DNA from: Adineta vaga
Taxonomy: Eukaryota; Animalia; Rotifera
Length of the DNA: 64,000 nt
Direction of reading: 5' to 3'
Assembly (NCBI GenBank): GCA_021613535.1
Contig: CP075494.1
Span: forward strand, 12,648,001 to 12,712,000
Shown piece after piece: positions 51,904 through 64,000 of the stretch. Below the pieces are notes generated by a model. That model saw only the letters and a list, made by a program, of their open reading frames with translations. It did not search any database and was not told the DNA's origin. How positions within the stretch are numbered: position 1 is the stretch's first letter; each line of letters begins with the position of its first letter. The position numbers were made by a program, and so were the translations under genes.

Positions 51904-52886
51904 TTTTATTTTATATTTATATATAGAAAACAACAGAAGAAGAATGTTTTTATATTAATCATCTTTATATATGTTTGTAAAATGATTTTCTTTTTGTGTT
52001 ATATTTTTATTGTTATTTTTAAAAAAGAAATTTTTATGATCATAAGATAAAGTCTTAATGTCAGACAGTTTTTAAAGTATATAAGATGAAATCGACAATT
52101 GAAATATTTGTTCATTGATTCGATGACGAAGTTGTATATACAGCATTCGGTTATGTAATGAAAGAGTATACCAATTGTGATCGAAACAAATATTAGCTGA
52201 AGGAATAATCAATTAAAAGATTATGACAATAGCGAGTGATGTTTTCATAAGGATAGGTACTCTTACATTTCGTTCCTGTTTATTCGAATATAAGTTTAAA
52301 CACATTTATCGTTTTAAGAACACTACTATACAATTCTAGTCAGTTCGAAAAGTTCTATGGCAAGCAAATCATTGCTTCAGACAGAGTCAGATTGATAAAT
52401 TACCGTGAAGTATTTGTATAGTCAACAAAAAAAAGAATAACGTTTGGTTAAAAACTAGTTTCAATCTTATATTTTTTTGAAAAACTTTACCAGTAGACAT
52501 AGACTATGGTTTTGATACTCTTGGATCATTGATCTTGATCAGAAAAGTAACGATGCGTAACAAGTACATTCATAAATTAGTATTCTTCGTGATTGTTTTC
52601 GATTGTTAGTCAACGAAACTTTTGATGTTGGTATCTTTTACTTGATCAGTTCAAAGTCGACATACAACGAATCTCATTCAGATACATACGTTTTCAAAGT
52701 GTTATGGTCTCGATTCTTCATAATAGTTGTATTATCATCTCAATGATATTTCGCTTGCGACATCTTTTGTTAAGCTTCGTCTTAAAGCAAACTTTGTTTT
52801 GTTTATCAGCTCACGAGGAGACCTTCTATTTTTTCTTTCAATGAAAGATTTCGTTCGAAAAAGCAAAAACATATTCTATATGTAAA

Positions 52887-54209
52887 ATGTCTCAAATATG
52901 CAACATAACGAAATGTAATCGATCATCACGTGGTCTATGCGATTGTTGTAAACAAAATCTTTGTCTTCAGCATTTGAATGAGCATAATGCTACACTTCTC
53001 GCAAAGTTAAATCCGCTAGTCGATGCAACTAATACACTTGGCGAACGTCTCCAAAGATTCGATGTAAAAGAAGCAACCGGGGATTGTTATCGACAACTTG
53101 AACAATGGCGTACGGGATGTTACAAGAAAATTGATCAGATCTTTGAGTTAAAATGTCAGCAACTTCATGAAACTCTGAATAAAAAAATTCGAATACAAAA
53201 AGAAGAAATTGATCGTGTACAGGCGAAAGTTAATAAATTCATTCATGAAAAAGAAACAACTCAGCAAGATCTTGATTTACTGACATCAGCGATCCATGAC
53301 CTAAGTGTACAGATAAAGAGTATGGAACAGACACGTTTTCAGATCAATGTTCGCTCTTTTGAATTAGATGAACGTTATGTCATTGTTGATGAGAGAAATG
53401 AGCAAGAGATTGATTTATCAACTGTTTCTGATGCTTTCCAAACATTTCAATCTCCTCGTGACAGTCGTATGATCTTGGCTTGCAATGACCAAAACTTGGT
53501 GATACATCAGAAACCAAATCTGTGTTTAATTGATCAAGAAATGAATATTATTAAGAAAACTCTTTGGTCATATGATAAAATTATCGACATGACCTGGTCA
53601 TCTACATTAGATAAGTTTATAATAATTAATGATCACAACGCTTTTCTACTTGATAGAAATACATTGTTGATTGAATTTATACAAAAAATCGAACAGTATA
53701 CGTGGCTTTCGTGTACATGTTCCGAAAGATCTCTTTTCTTGTCCACCAATAACTATAGTTCGTCTATCATGCAATATAGTCTACAACCGTCGATACAATT
53801 GGATAGAGCTTGGAATTCTCCGTATAGCTGTGCATGGAATGAACTTATTCATCATATTACATACCAAAACAAAATGTTAGCAATAATCATTCAAAATCAA
53901 CATGAAAAATCCTTACGATTAGAATTACGATCGATTGACACGTTCGATTGCATCTGGTTTCTAGAACTTGGTATTCAATGGAATACTACTATAGGTTTTC
54001 GTTTTTGCACGATCAATGATAATGAATGGTTGATAGTTGATCATGAAAACGATTGTCTTTTTCATATTGATAGCAATGGAAAATTAAAAAATCGAATAGA
54101 TTATCGCCCAAAACCATATCGTGCCATTCTATTTAAGCCAAACCGATTAGTTATTTCAACGTCTGAAGGAATCAAATTTCATAAACAAATGATCATTTCA
54201 AACATATGA
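52887..54209 (+). CDS. Intronless B-box-like zinc finger, coiled coil and predicted beta-propeller protein
   Basis: 440-aa ORF. CNITKC...LCDCCKQNLCLQHLNEH; QLEQWR...KIDQIFELKCQQL coiled coil; beta-strand-rich C-terminal half (IIDMTWSSTLDKFIII). Confidence 0.8.
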   Translation: MSQICNITKCNRSSRGLCDCCKQNLCLQHLNEHNATLLAKLNPLVDATNTLGERLQRFDVKEATGDCYRQLEQWRTGCYKKIDQIFELKCQQLHETLNKKIRIQKEEIDRVQAKVNKFIHEKETTQQDLDLLTSAIHDLSVQIKSMEQTRFQINVRSFELDERYVIVDERNEQEIDLSTVSDAFQTFQSPRDSRMILACNDQNLVIHQKPNLCLIDQEMNIIKKTLWSYDKIIDMTWSSTLDKFIIINDHNAFLLDRNTLLIEFIQKIEQYTWLSCTCSERSLFLSTNNYSSSIMQYSLQPSIQLDRAWNSPYSCAWNELIHHITYQNKMLAIIIQNQHEKSLRLELRSIDTFDCIWFLELGIQWNTTIGFRFCTINDNEWLIVDHENDCLFHIDSNGKLKNRIDYRPKPYRAILFKPNRLVISTSEGIKFHKQMIISNI

Positions 54210-55255
54210 TTTACTTCAATTATTAGGTTACATAATAAATCTCTTGTTTTTGTTTTTGACCAGCTTGATTAATTGAATTAAAATAAAAGACTTTCACTAA
54301 ATGCTGTAGATCAATTTCACATATTATTGTTAATCTTTCGTTAATAATAACATAAGAAATGTACGATTAACTGATGAATAGTACCTATTGATGAAGAAAA
54401 TAATTTTGATTCATACTCAAAATCAGGATTAATCATAGTATTCATATTCATACATTCCAAATGTAGAAATATGAATAATCCAATCGAAATTTAATTAAAA
54501 ATGAATCAACCATTTCAAAGAACTTATATTTTCGTTATTCTCTCTATTTATTTAGTAATAATCAGAATATTTTTGTCACTTTTATTCTTGACAATTATAT
54601 CAATAAGGAAAGAAAAACAACATATGTTGTTAGAACTGTTTCGAATTTCTATTCAAAAACAAAACGAAAATGATTCAACCGTCGATGAGTTACGAAAACA
54701 AAAAAACATACGCCAACGGATTTTTTCTCTCGTTTTTTCGCTTTAAAAGAATGTACGAATTGAATGACTATTATTTCGAGGGTAAGAAAAAAGAAAACTG
54801 TTTCTTATCAGTAATATCACCTAATGCATTTTTGTCTCGCGTGTATGTGCATGCGTATATATACGTAAGAAAGAGAAAAAAAGCCCTCCATCGAATAAAT
54901 ACAATCAACAGAACAAGTAAAACCTGACTGTCATATATACTTTTAAGCTCATTTCTTTTTCCATGTTTTTATTTAACTATATTTTCCATACTAATATTTA
55001 TCCATGTTAACCAATAGAATAGTGAAAGCACTTGTTTCAGTCGTTTAAGCCACGTGATAGTGTTTCTTTTCCTCTTATCAATCGAGACAATACAGATAAA
55101 AAAAGAAATGAAATTTATCTTTTTTTATATTCCAAAACTTTTTCTTCAAATTTGTTTATATATATTATATTTCTATATTGGGGTTTTCGTCAAACATATG
55201 TATGATCAATGAATTTTAGTTTCTTTTTAATTATCTTCTTTTATTTAGATCAACC

Positions 55256-58200
55256 ATGAGACGTGTATACACTCCACCGATTTTAACACCTCGACCATCA
55301 CCTACACCTGCTGTCACTCTTCAGAATACATCTTCATCATCATCAACGAATCTTAACATGAGTCTAGCACTACCAAGAACGTCTTTATATCGTCCGGATT
55401 CTTTTCGTGAATATCTTAGTCGTCAAGTAATCAATAAACCAATTCGAGGACGGGAATTATTTCTACGTTCAGTTCGTCGAATTATTGAACAAATTCGAAC
55501 TAAGAAACAACGTTTAATTGATGATCAACAATTATTTGTAACATATGAAGAAGCAATCGATATTTTTAGTGATATGACATTTATGAAATGTGTTTTATTG
55601 AAAAAGAAATTATTGGATTCAAATAATCGAACATGGACAATAGAATTCGCACGAGAAGGTGGTTTACATGCATTACTTTCATATTTAGAACATATTACAA
55701 CGCAAGGTTTATCACTCGTCGAAGCTATTCTAGTCAATGAAACATTACAATGTCTTCGAGCAATGATGAATATAAGTGAATTATTTGAACATATCGCATC
55801 ACATCCACAATATATTGATTCAATTGCTAAAGGTTAGACTTTGTTTTTTTCTTGTAAATATTCACAAGAGAAAACATCTTTACATTATTGTAGTTTTAAC
55901 TGTACCATCAACGGATATTCGAATGCGTGTATTTGAATTATTAACTGCTCTATGTGTTTATTCACAAGATGGTTATGAATTAGTTCTTAAAGCATTAGAA
56001 GATTTTCAGGTAAATATACATTTATTGTTTTTGTAACAATCACTGATTTAAAAGAGTTATCCAACAAAAATATTTCAGAAAAGACAAAACTATACCGAGG
56101 TATAAATTAGTAAATAGATCTAACATTCTAAATGTGATGGATAGAGACTAACAAAAACAAATCATATCTTTCTTTTTTTTCTCTTTAGACAAATAATAGA
56201 TTATCAAATGTATTCGTTGTAATTCTTGAACAATTGAAATATTCTGTCGTTCCCAAACATAAATGGTCGGCTATTGCCTTATTGAACAGTATTTTATCTT
56301 CAACCGATTCCATTGAAAAACGACTTTCGTACCGAAATATTCTCTATTGTAAGTATTCAATTGACAAAGAGTTTTGATTCGTTATTGGAGAAATTTTCTT
56401 CTAGCAAATGGATTTGTAGCAACGTTGGAGCAAGCTCGAGCGGATGAAAATGATGATCTTGAACATCAAGTCGATACGTTTCTTGAAGGACAAAAACATG
56501 ATGAAGAAGAATTTTTAGGAAATTTTGATCAGAATGATAATCAAGCTGTTTGTCAAGCTATTCAATTACAAGTTTGTCATGCGAAAAACTTTATTTAGAA
56601 AGTATTTAATTGTAATTCTTTGCTTTCATTAGTTAGCAGCAGATTCCAATGATTCGGCCCTTTTTCTCACAGCAATGCAAGTTCTATATTCTGTTTTAAC
56701 AGATTCAGAGCCAAAGGAACGGTAGGAAGAGAGAATATTATAAACTTTTGTATTACGATTGCCTTTTTTTTTCTAGAGAAAAAGTACTTGAAAATCTTCT
56801 CCATTTTGTTTCACATGTAACAGAAAAGAAAACCGAGAAAAAAGTAATTGATAAAGCAATACAAACAGATACCGTTCCTGAATCAAATAATCAATCTTCT
56901 CCTACCCAACAAGAAGTTCCTGCTGTTCCAAAATTGACTCCACTACTAACGAATACCCAAACAACGTCCGTGTTAATCAATACTACAAAACATGACGATA
57001 CGCAATATCCTCTGATTCAATCAACTGTTCCAGAAGTCATACCACCACAAATATCTTCGAATCTACAAAATACTTCGACTGTACCACCACCACCACCACC
57101 ACCTCCTCCTTTCCCTATAGACTTACAACCAACACCTCCAGTTGTTGTTTCGTCATCACCCTCACCGCTTCCGCCTCCTCCTCCACCACCACTTCCACCA
57201 AATCTTCAACCAACTCCTTCGGGCATACTACCACCTCCATCTTTCCATATAAACTTACAACCAACGCCTCCCGTTGGCTCATCACCACCACCACCACCAC
57301 CCCCACCGCCTCCAGGTGGTTTTGGAGGATCACCACCTCCACCTCCACCCCCATCAGGTTTCCCTGGCGCACCGGCACCACCAGCACCAGGTCAATTTGC
57401 TATGAAATCAACTGTGGTTGGTCTTTCTGCTCTAGTCGATAGTATTCCCAAACCAAAAAATCAACTACGACGATTACAATGGAAAAAATTACCACAAACT
57501 ATTCTTAGTATGTCTAATTTCTCTCTGTCTCCTTCTAACATTGATTCTCATTGGTATCTCTTTTTTTTTCTAGCTACTAGTCAATTTTGGATGGATGTAA
57601 ATAAGAAAGTTGATAATCAGATTAATTTCTCGCAACTTGAAGATTGTTTCAAAATCAATAAAGAAACTAATAATAGCACATTAACAAAAACAAAATCAGC
57701 GACAGTAAAATTCATCCTAACATTTATTTATATATAACAAATCTTTCAATTCTAGGTTCAAATTTTACCACATAATCGATCAATTGCAATTAATGTTTTT
57801 TTAAAAAAATTCAATTTTAATGATGCTCAATCATTTACTAAATCTTTACTAGATTTCAAATCGGATCTAAATGGTGAATGTCTTCGTATGTTATTAAAGA
57901 TTTTACCAACGGGAGACGAAGTGAGTTTCTTTTGACTGATTTGCTTGATCTTATTTTATTCTAAAAATAGATTAATCTTGTACATGATCATCGGCGTGAA
58001 GAATGGGCATTACCTGAAGAATTCATTCATGAAATTCATTCTGTATCGTATTATGAATTTCGTATTCGAACACGTATTTTAATCAGTGAATTTGATGAAA
58101 CTTTCAATGATTTTAAACGAAAATTTCAAATAATTATTAAAGTAATCAGTTTTCTACAAAATGATTCATCGATCAAACAATTAGCACGTTCACTTCTATC

Positions 58201-59143
58201 CGTTGGAGATTTTCTTAATTATGTAAGTCTTCTTTATGAAATTTTATTTCAATCAAAAAGAAAATCATCCTCTTCTCTCTTCTTTCTCAAATGTTAGGGA
58301 TCCTACGCTGGTAATGCATTTGGCTTTCGATTAGATATTCTCGATCAACTTCATGATATACGTTCAAGTGAAAATCGAAATTTACTCGGTGTTCTTCTTG
58401 GAACTTCTCCACAAAATTTCCAATTCATCAATGATCTAAAACCATTACTTGTCGACGATATTCAGTACGATGAAATTGTTTGAAAGCATTTCTTTTCTTA
58501 AATTTCGTTTTCTTTAGATTTAAATTAGTTAAAATAGAATATATCGAATGGAAGAAAAAGATTGATGATGGTCTTAAACAAATAAATTCTCTTGACGATG
58601 AACAAATATTAAAACAATACAAACCATTCTATGAAGTAAAAACAACAATTGCTATATTTTCTTAACATATTGTTTTCTTTTCTCGAATAGCAATCAAGTT
58701 TCAAACTGAATCAGATACTTGATCCATTAATAAATCAATGTGAACAACAAGAAAAAGAATTAATGAAACAATTTGGTGAAACCGATTTGAATGAATTTAA
58801 TTATGATACATGTTGTACAATCTTTCGTCATTTAATTGAACAAGTTGATAAAGAAAATAAAGTTAGTTTTTCTTTTTTCGTTGTTCTTTCGACAAAATTT
58901 TCACATGTTTGTTTTTAGGAAAAAGAAAAATGTCTCGCCATGAATAAAGCATTATTAAATTCAACAAAAACTCTTCCAATTCAAAGAAATTCGTTAATCA
59001 ATGGCAATACAAATAAATTAACGGAGAATAATTTTATGGATTCACTTATGACAGAACTTAAACAAAAAAAATTCGCAACGGCACCTCGAGTACGTCGACC
59101 ACGTCGAGGCCTCTTTGATAATGATGATCGGGAAGCAAAATAA
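55256..59143 (+). CDS. Formin (INF2-like): GBD/FH3, poly-Pro FH1, FH2, DAD; about 12 exons
   Basis: WTIEFAREGGLHALL, LQCLRAMMN, VFELLTALCVYSQDGY; poly-proline at about 57085-57390; LRRLQWKKLP, LSVGDFLNY|GSYAGNAFGFRL; C-terminal FMDSLMTELK..F...RVRRPRR. All introns are GT-AG. Confidence 0.92.
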
Positions 59144-62100
59144 CTGTTTCGATTTTTACCGTTACTTTTTTTTCTTCTTCTTCTTCTTCTTCCTTTCCTT
59201 CATAAAGCATTATTTCTTATCAAATGTGATCAATTCATTTACAAAATGGATATTTGATCCATCTATATACTTTTCTTTTGAAGACAACGTCAATTTTTCA
59301 GGAAAACACCAAATGGTTTCTTTACTTACTTTTGTTCTGTCTAGCTTTTCGTTTGCCAATTAAGGTACATACATATACGCCTTTCACCTTTTATCCACTT
59401 GGAGTGATGTTTGCATTTCTGTTCTTCTTCATCTCGTTTCATTCTCTTTCTCCCTAATGTATACGTACGATATGATTATTGTTTTTACAATATTCGCTAA
59501 GCAGAAAGCGAAAAAGTGTACCTATTATTTCGACATTGAGACTATTCGAAAATGAGATGAACAATTGATCATCTATTTTCCTTTGCTGACATGCAAACAT
59601 AGGAGAAAGGAAAAAAAGAAAGATCACTATCAAATCGACAAGTTGATGAATGAAATCTATCCACGAATAATGATAATTATAATTGAACAGGAATGCAACC
59701 GTGATCAACCACGTTGTGAAAATGTATTTTGTCTTTTCAAGGAAATTCTACGTGACATCTAATGAATAGTTGACACTTTGAATTCTAATTTTCGAGTATC
59801 ACTATCATATGAAGTGCATATTTACATATTTTTACCAAATGACTAAGCATGCTTTTGGCAATTTAAAGGGTTTGTTTTATTTATTCAACAGAGAGACAGA
59901 GGAATATACAATGTGACAGAACAATATTAGTTTAAAAAATTCAATCAAGTGGAATAACGATGATCGATCTGATTTTCTGACAACTATTCATATAAGCATA
60001 CATGAGAAAACAGGGATGTATCGTTCATTTTGTTCAATACATCGAAGATCATACTACAGAAATGATTATATAGTAAAATGAGATTTATTTTTGTTTTTCT
60101 AATGATAACATCATTAGTGAATGATCTGATATATTGACAATCACGCAATATATATTACTTGAAAAAATTGATTATCACACGAATATGTCAATCTTTTTCG
60201 TCCTTCCTTCTTTTATGTTTTCCGGAGGGCTAATTTGATGATCATCATCATTGACTGAGGACAAGACATATATGTATATAAAACGAAATTGCTAACATTT
60301 ACTCAAATAAAATCATGAAGACGAAAGAGAGAGAACGACAGAGTATACAACACGAACGAACGTCTCGCATTCGTAATGATGATGAATCGACGTCGTCTAT
60401 AAGCGAAAAAGTGAGGGAGAGATGAAGAGGAAAAGGCGAATGAGAGCACGAACGAAATATAAAGCAAATAGTCTTTCTACTTAGCTTTTGTGTATGTGTA
60501 TGTGGAAGGAGGAGCAAGGAAAAAGAAAACACCTTGATAGTATTCGCTCTGGGTAAATAGGCACGTCCGTCAGCAACTATTTCGTCGTCAATTTCACGTT
60601 CTCTCTTATTTCGGTTTTTTTCTCGCCAACGCACAGCCATTTGTTGGTAGAGTGATGATGGCTAAAAGTGTTTCACCGTAACATTTCTCTCTTTACTCTT
60701 CGTATTTATATGTGTGTTCTTACTCTTCTTTTCGCTCGCCAAGCAAGTAAAGAAAAAGAACGAGAAAACGAATGTGTAGTGTAGTGTTCCGTCTTTGAGA
60801 TTCCTTTTCTTCTCTTCGCTTCTCAGCACACTCATACACACACACACATACACAAGCATTTTTCACTCACACAATACGGAGAGAGATGAAGTGTATATAT
60901 ATATATATATAGAATAGAGTAGAGGACATCAACGAATGGTAGATTGGCTTAGACTTCGGACATAGACATTTCTTTTCATTTACCTGTCTTCTATTCGTAA
61001 GTATAGACTAGTTCGTATTCCAAATAGATGTCTACTCTTTCTTTGTATTCATCTAAAAGTGTCTTTATATAATTAGTTCATTCATTAATAGTAGACAATT
61101 AGATTCAGTTGAGTTAGATTTTCTCAATTTCGACTAGACTATAAGAACAGAAACATATGCCTGTTCACATCAATTCATTGCCATAGATGTTATCTTAGTT
61201 TTTGGATATAACTTAAATGATATGGTTCATTACGCGTGAGAATACACACCAGCTACGTGATTACATTGAATGTATAGTATGTTCGTTAGAATGAAAGATA
61301 TAGATTGATCGTCGTCGAATTTAGGAAAGAAATCAACTTGTTTTTTGTTGACATCTTTTAAGTATAAACCCAAATGTAGTTACTTTTCGTGTGAACGAAA
61401 AATTTTCCTTATCAGACTGTAATCGTTATCTTATCGATATCAATCGTTCTTGTGAAAACAGATTATCCAATTTAATTGACATGAAATGATCAAATGAAAT
61501 TCGTCTGTAGATGAAGTTTCCAAAAAAAAAAGAAAATCTTTTCGTCTTGTCATTGTTATTCTATTCTTTTGATTTATTATTGGAAATCTTCAGATATTTA
61601 TACGATTTCATAATTGAGAATTTAATCGAAATTCTAATGAGAAAGAAAACGTTTGCTTATATATATATATATATATATGCATATTTCTTTTCAACCGTTA
61701 ACTCTCAACTTCTTAGTTTTGTCCTGTCACATCAACGTCCGTTAAAGTTTCATTCTCGGATTCTTTCGTTTTTTTTCTTCTCTTATTTTACCCTAACAAA
61801 CCAAACAATATATTCGTTGTCGTTCTTTTTCTTCTACTGTATTTTCTTTGAGCAAGCAAAAGTATTATATTCGCATGTATTCAAATGCGAAGAGCACGTC
61901 TAGAGAGAAAAGAAAGAATGATGAATCTAGATATAGTAAGAGCACATTGAAGCCTATCGTCCATTCGACCACTACTACCACCATCAATATATAAAAATTC
62001 GTCTTGTGTTCTTTCGCTCATTTTAATGTTCGCTCGATGGTGAATGAAATGGAGACGAGAGAAAGGTGTACATATATTTAAAAGAGGAGAAAGGCAAAGA

Positions 62101-62626
62101 AGAAGAAAAAGAGGTAAGAACACACATCTATACATCAGGGAACAAACGGGTATGAAGCGGGAAAAACGAACCTTACTACTACTACTACAACGAATGTCTC
62201 TTGTCCGTTCAATGAAGGTATACAAAGTAAATAGAAGAGAAAAAAGAAAAGAACGCGATGCAATGAAAATTTCAATAGAAGTACGCTCGCCTTTATGTAG
62301 ACACATACATTTATATATATATATATATATATATGTAGACGAGAAAAAAAGGGAACAGAACGAATGCTCGAGAGTTAAAGTCACCCTCAACTACGCTATC
62401 TCTCTTTTTTCTTTTTTCGGTCTACACATACACCGAAATGTGAAAGAGCATTTCGACGATAGCAAGTTGATGAAAAAAGGGTAACAATCTTATTCTGTGC
62501 TTTATCTTTTCGAACGGATCTCTTAATGGAAAATCTTTTCAATTAAAAATTATGCGCATTAGAGTGTTTTTTTTTCGCCAAATTGGAAAACAACTGTTAC
62601 ATATTTTAGATAGAAAAGGACTAATT

Positions 62627-64000
62627 ATGAATCCATTGGATATTCAACAGCAGTTAGCCGATCAACGCCGTGGTCGATATGTACGTGTGAGTGATGTTGA
62701 CCGACGACTATTAATTGATACGTATAAGAAAGGCGAAGATTTTATAGCTCTGGCAAAAAAACTCAATATCAAACGATCAACAGGTAGGAATGACAAACGC
62801 AATGATTCTTTTAGTACTTATACTTTGTGATTCACATATAACATATGTTTTTTCCGATGACAAATGAGTCATAGATGATGTCAAAATAACATATGATTTT
62901 ATTTTTAGCACGAAGTATACTTCGAACATATATTGATGAGGGTCGTGTATCGGCTAAACAACGTGCTGGTACACGTCTACGTTTTATAACTGAAGAAGAA
63001 GCTGAAATGATACGAGAAATGAAACGTCGCCATCCATTAATCACAATTGGTCAAATACAAATGCGTTTACAACGTACATCAAATCGTGTATTAAGTAAAG
63101 CATCTATATCACGTATATTAACAAATAGTATTCGTTTGGGTAAACGTGCAAAACGTTCAGTTGATGGTGAAGATGATGCTGATGGAATGAATGAATCAAT
63201 GGTTAATGGTAATGATGAATTGATGCAATTATCATCCGATGAAAATACAGGTGGAGCAATCTTTATTGATGATACAAATGATGATGAAGATGATGATGAT
63301 GGAATGATGGAAAATAATTCATCAATGAATAATCTTGATGATTTTCAACGTTTTATGTTAAGAAAAACAAGTGTCAATGGTGAAGATTCCATAGTGAATG
63401 AGAATTTAGAACAATATGATGATAATGGTTATCCTACAGGTTATCCTCAATATGGTAGTGAAGAAGATGAAGATGAAGTAAATTATTTGAAATAGGAAAA
63501 AGAAAAAGAAGTTATTATTTCATTATTTATTTAGTTATCTGATGAAAATGAAACGACAACACCAGTTGATCTTCGATCTGAAATCACTTCAACACCATCT
63601 GTTGTAAATGCAAGTACTCCAATTTTAAATGAAAATGGTTGTTGGAATTTAAGTGCCAATTCTGTTAAATCTGAACCTGTTTGTGTATTTGTTAATCGAA
63701 ATTATGATGAAAATTCTTCTGATAGTGAACATCTTCAAGAACAACCATTAACTATTGACGAAGACTCAACTAAAACTTCGACAAATAATCTACCAACGTA
63801 ATTAATATTTTAATAACGAAAGAAAACGATTGTTTTTACAAATTATTATTTTTTTAGACTTCCGACTTCGCATTCAGCAGGTTATCGACGTGGAAAAATT
63901 TGTCCAATATGCAATGAAACAAACTTTTCACGTCTATCTCATCATCTTGCTATGACACATAATCTTTCTCGACCAGAAATTCTCACTTTACTCGCTTATA
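62627..64000 (+). CDS. Putative transcription factor: tandem HTH (Tc1/IS630/paired-like), acidic region, C2H2-type zinc finger; runs off the right edge
   Basis: VSDVDRRLLIDTY...IALAKKLNIKRST|ARSILRTY...ITEEEAEMIREM...HPLITIGQIQMRL...LSKASISRIL; D/E-rich region; CPICNETNFSRLSHHLAMTH at about 63901-63960. Three GT-AG introns keep the frame. Confidence 0.78.

Noticed and set aside
59454-62484. Several 65-170 aa ORFs on both strands
   Set aside because: Low-complexity translations of AG/TC/TA microsatellite-rich sequence with no domain motifs. More likely the regulatory or 5' UTR region of the HTH gene.

Overview
AT-rich, gene-dense eukaryotic DNA with many short (about 45-80 nt) GT-AG introns. 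The gene families present (NHL-repeat fusions, ART-TPR, orphan class A GPCRs, one-LRR-per-exon genes) point to a bdelloid rotifer, probably Adineta or Rotaria; this is an inference. Housekeeping genes are OGDH (5' part), two tandem UBE2D paralogues, an ELOVL elongase, a Cys-loop channel, a SUEL-CUB receptor, TMEM50, TSR2, a claudin-like gene, MBD2/3, an ASH1L-like gene, an SR protein, RPL30, an INF2-like formin and an HTH/zinc-finger gene that runs off the right edge. A fast-evolving island at about 32-47 kb interrupts them. Main findings: (1) three tandem genes in which different N-terminal domains (ADP-ribosyltransferase, B-box/coiled-coil, caspase-like) join a homologous NHL beta-propeller exon at an identically placed phase-1 acceptor, a candidate exon-shuffled effector-sensor defence system; (2) an ASH1L homologue missing the whole AWS-SET-postSET module, 154 bp upstream of an MBD2/3 that lacks its methyl-CpG-binding domain, in an operon-like layout; (3) a required AT-AC intron with a U2-type donor in UBE2D; (4) two intronless bacterial-type methyltransferases carrying type II membrane anchors. 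All gene models were read by eye and no database searches were run.
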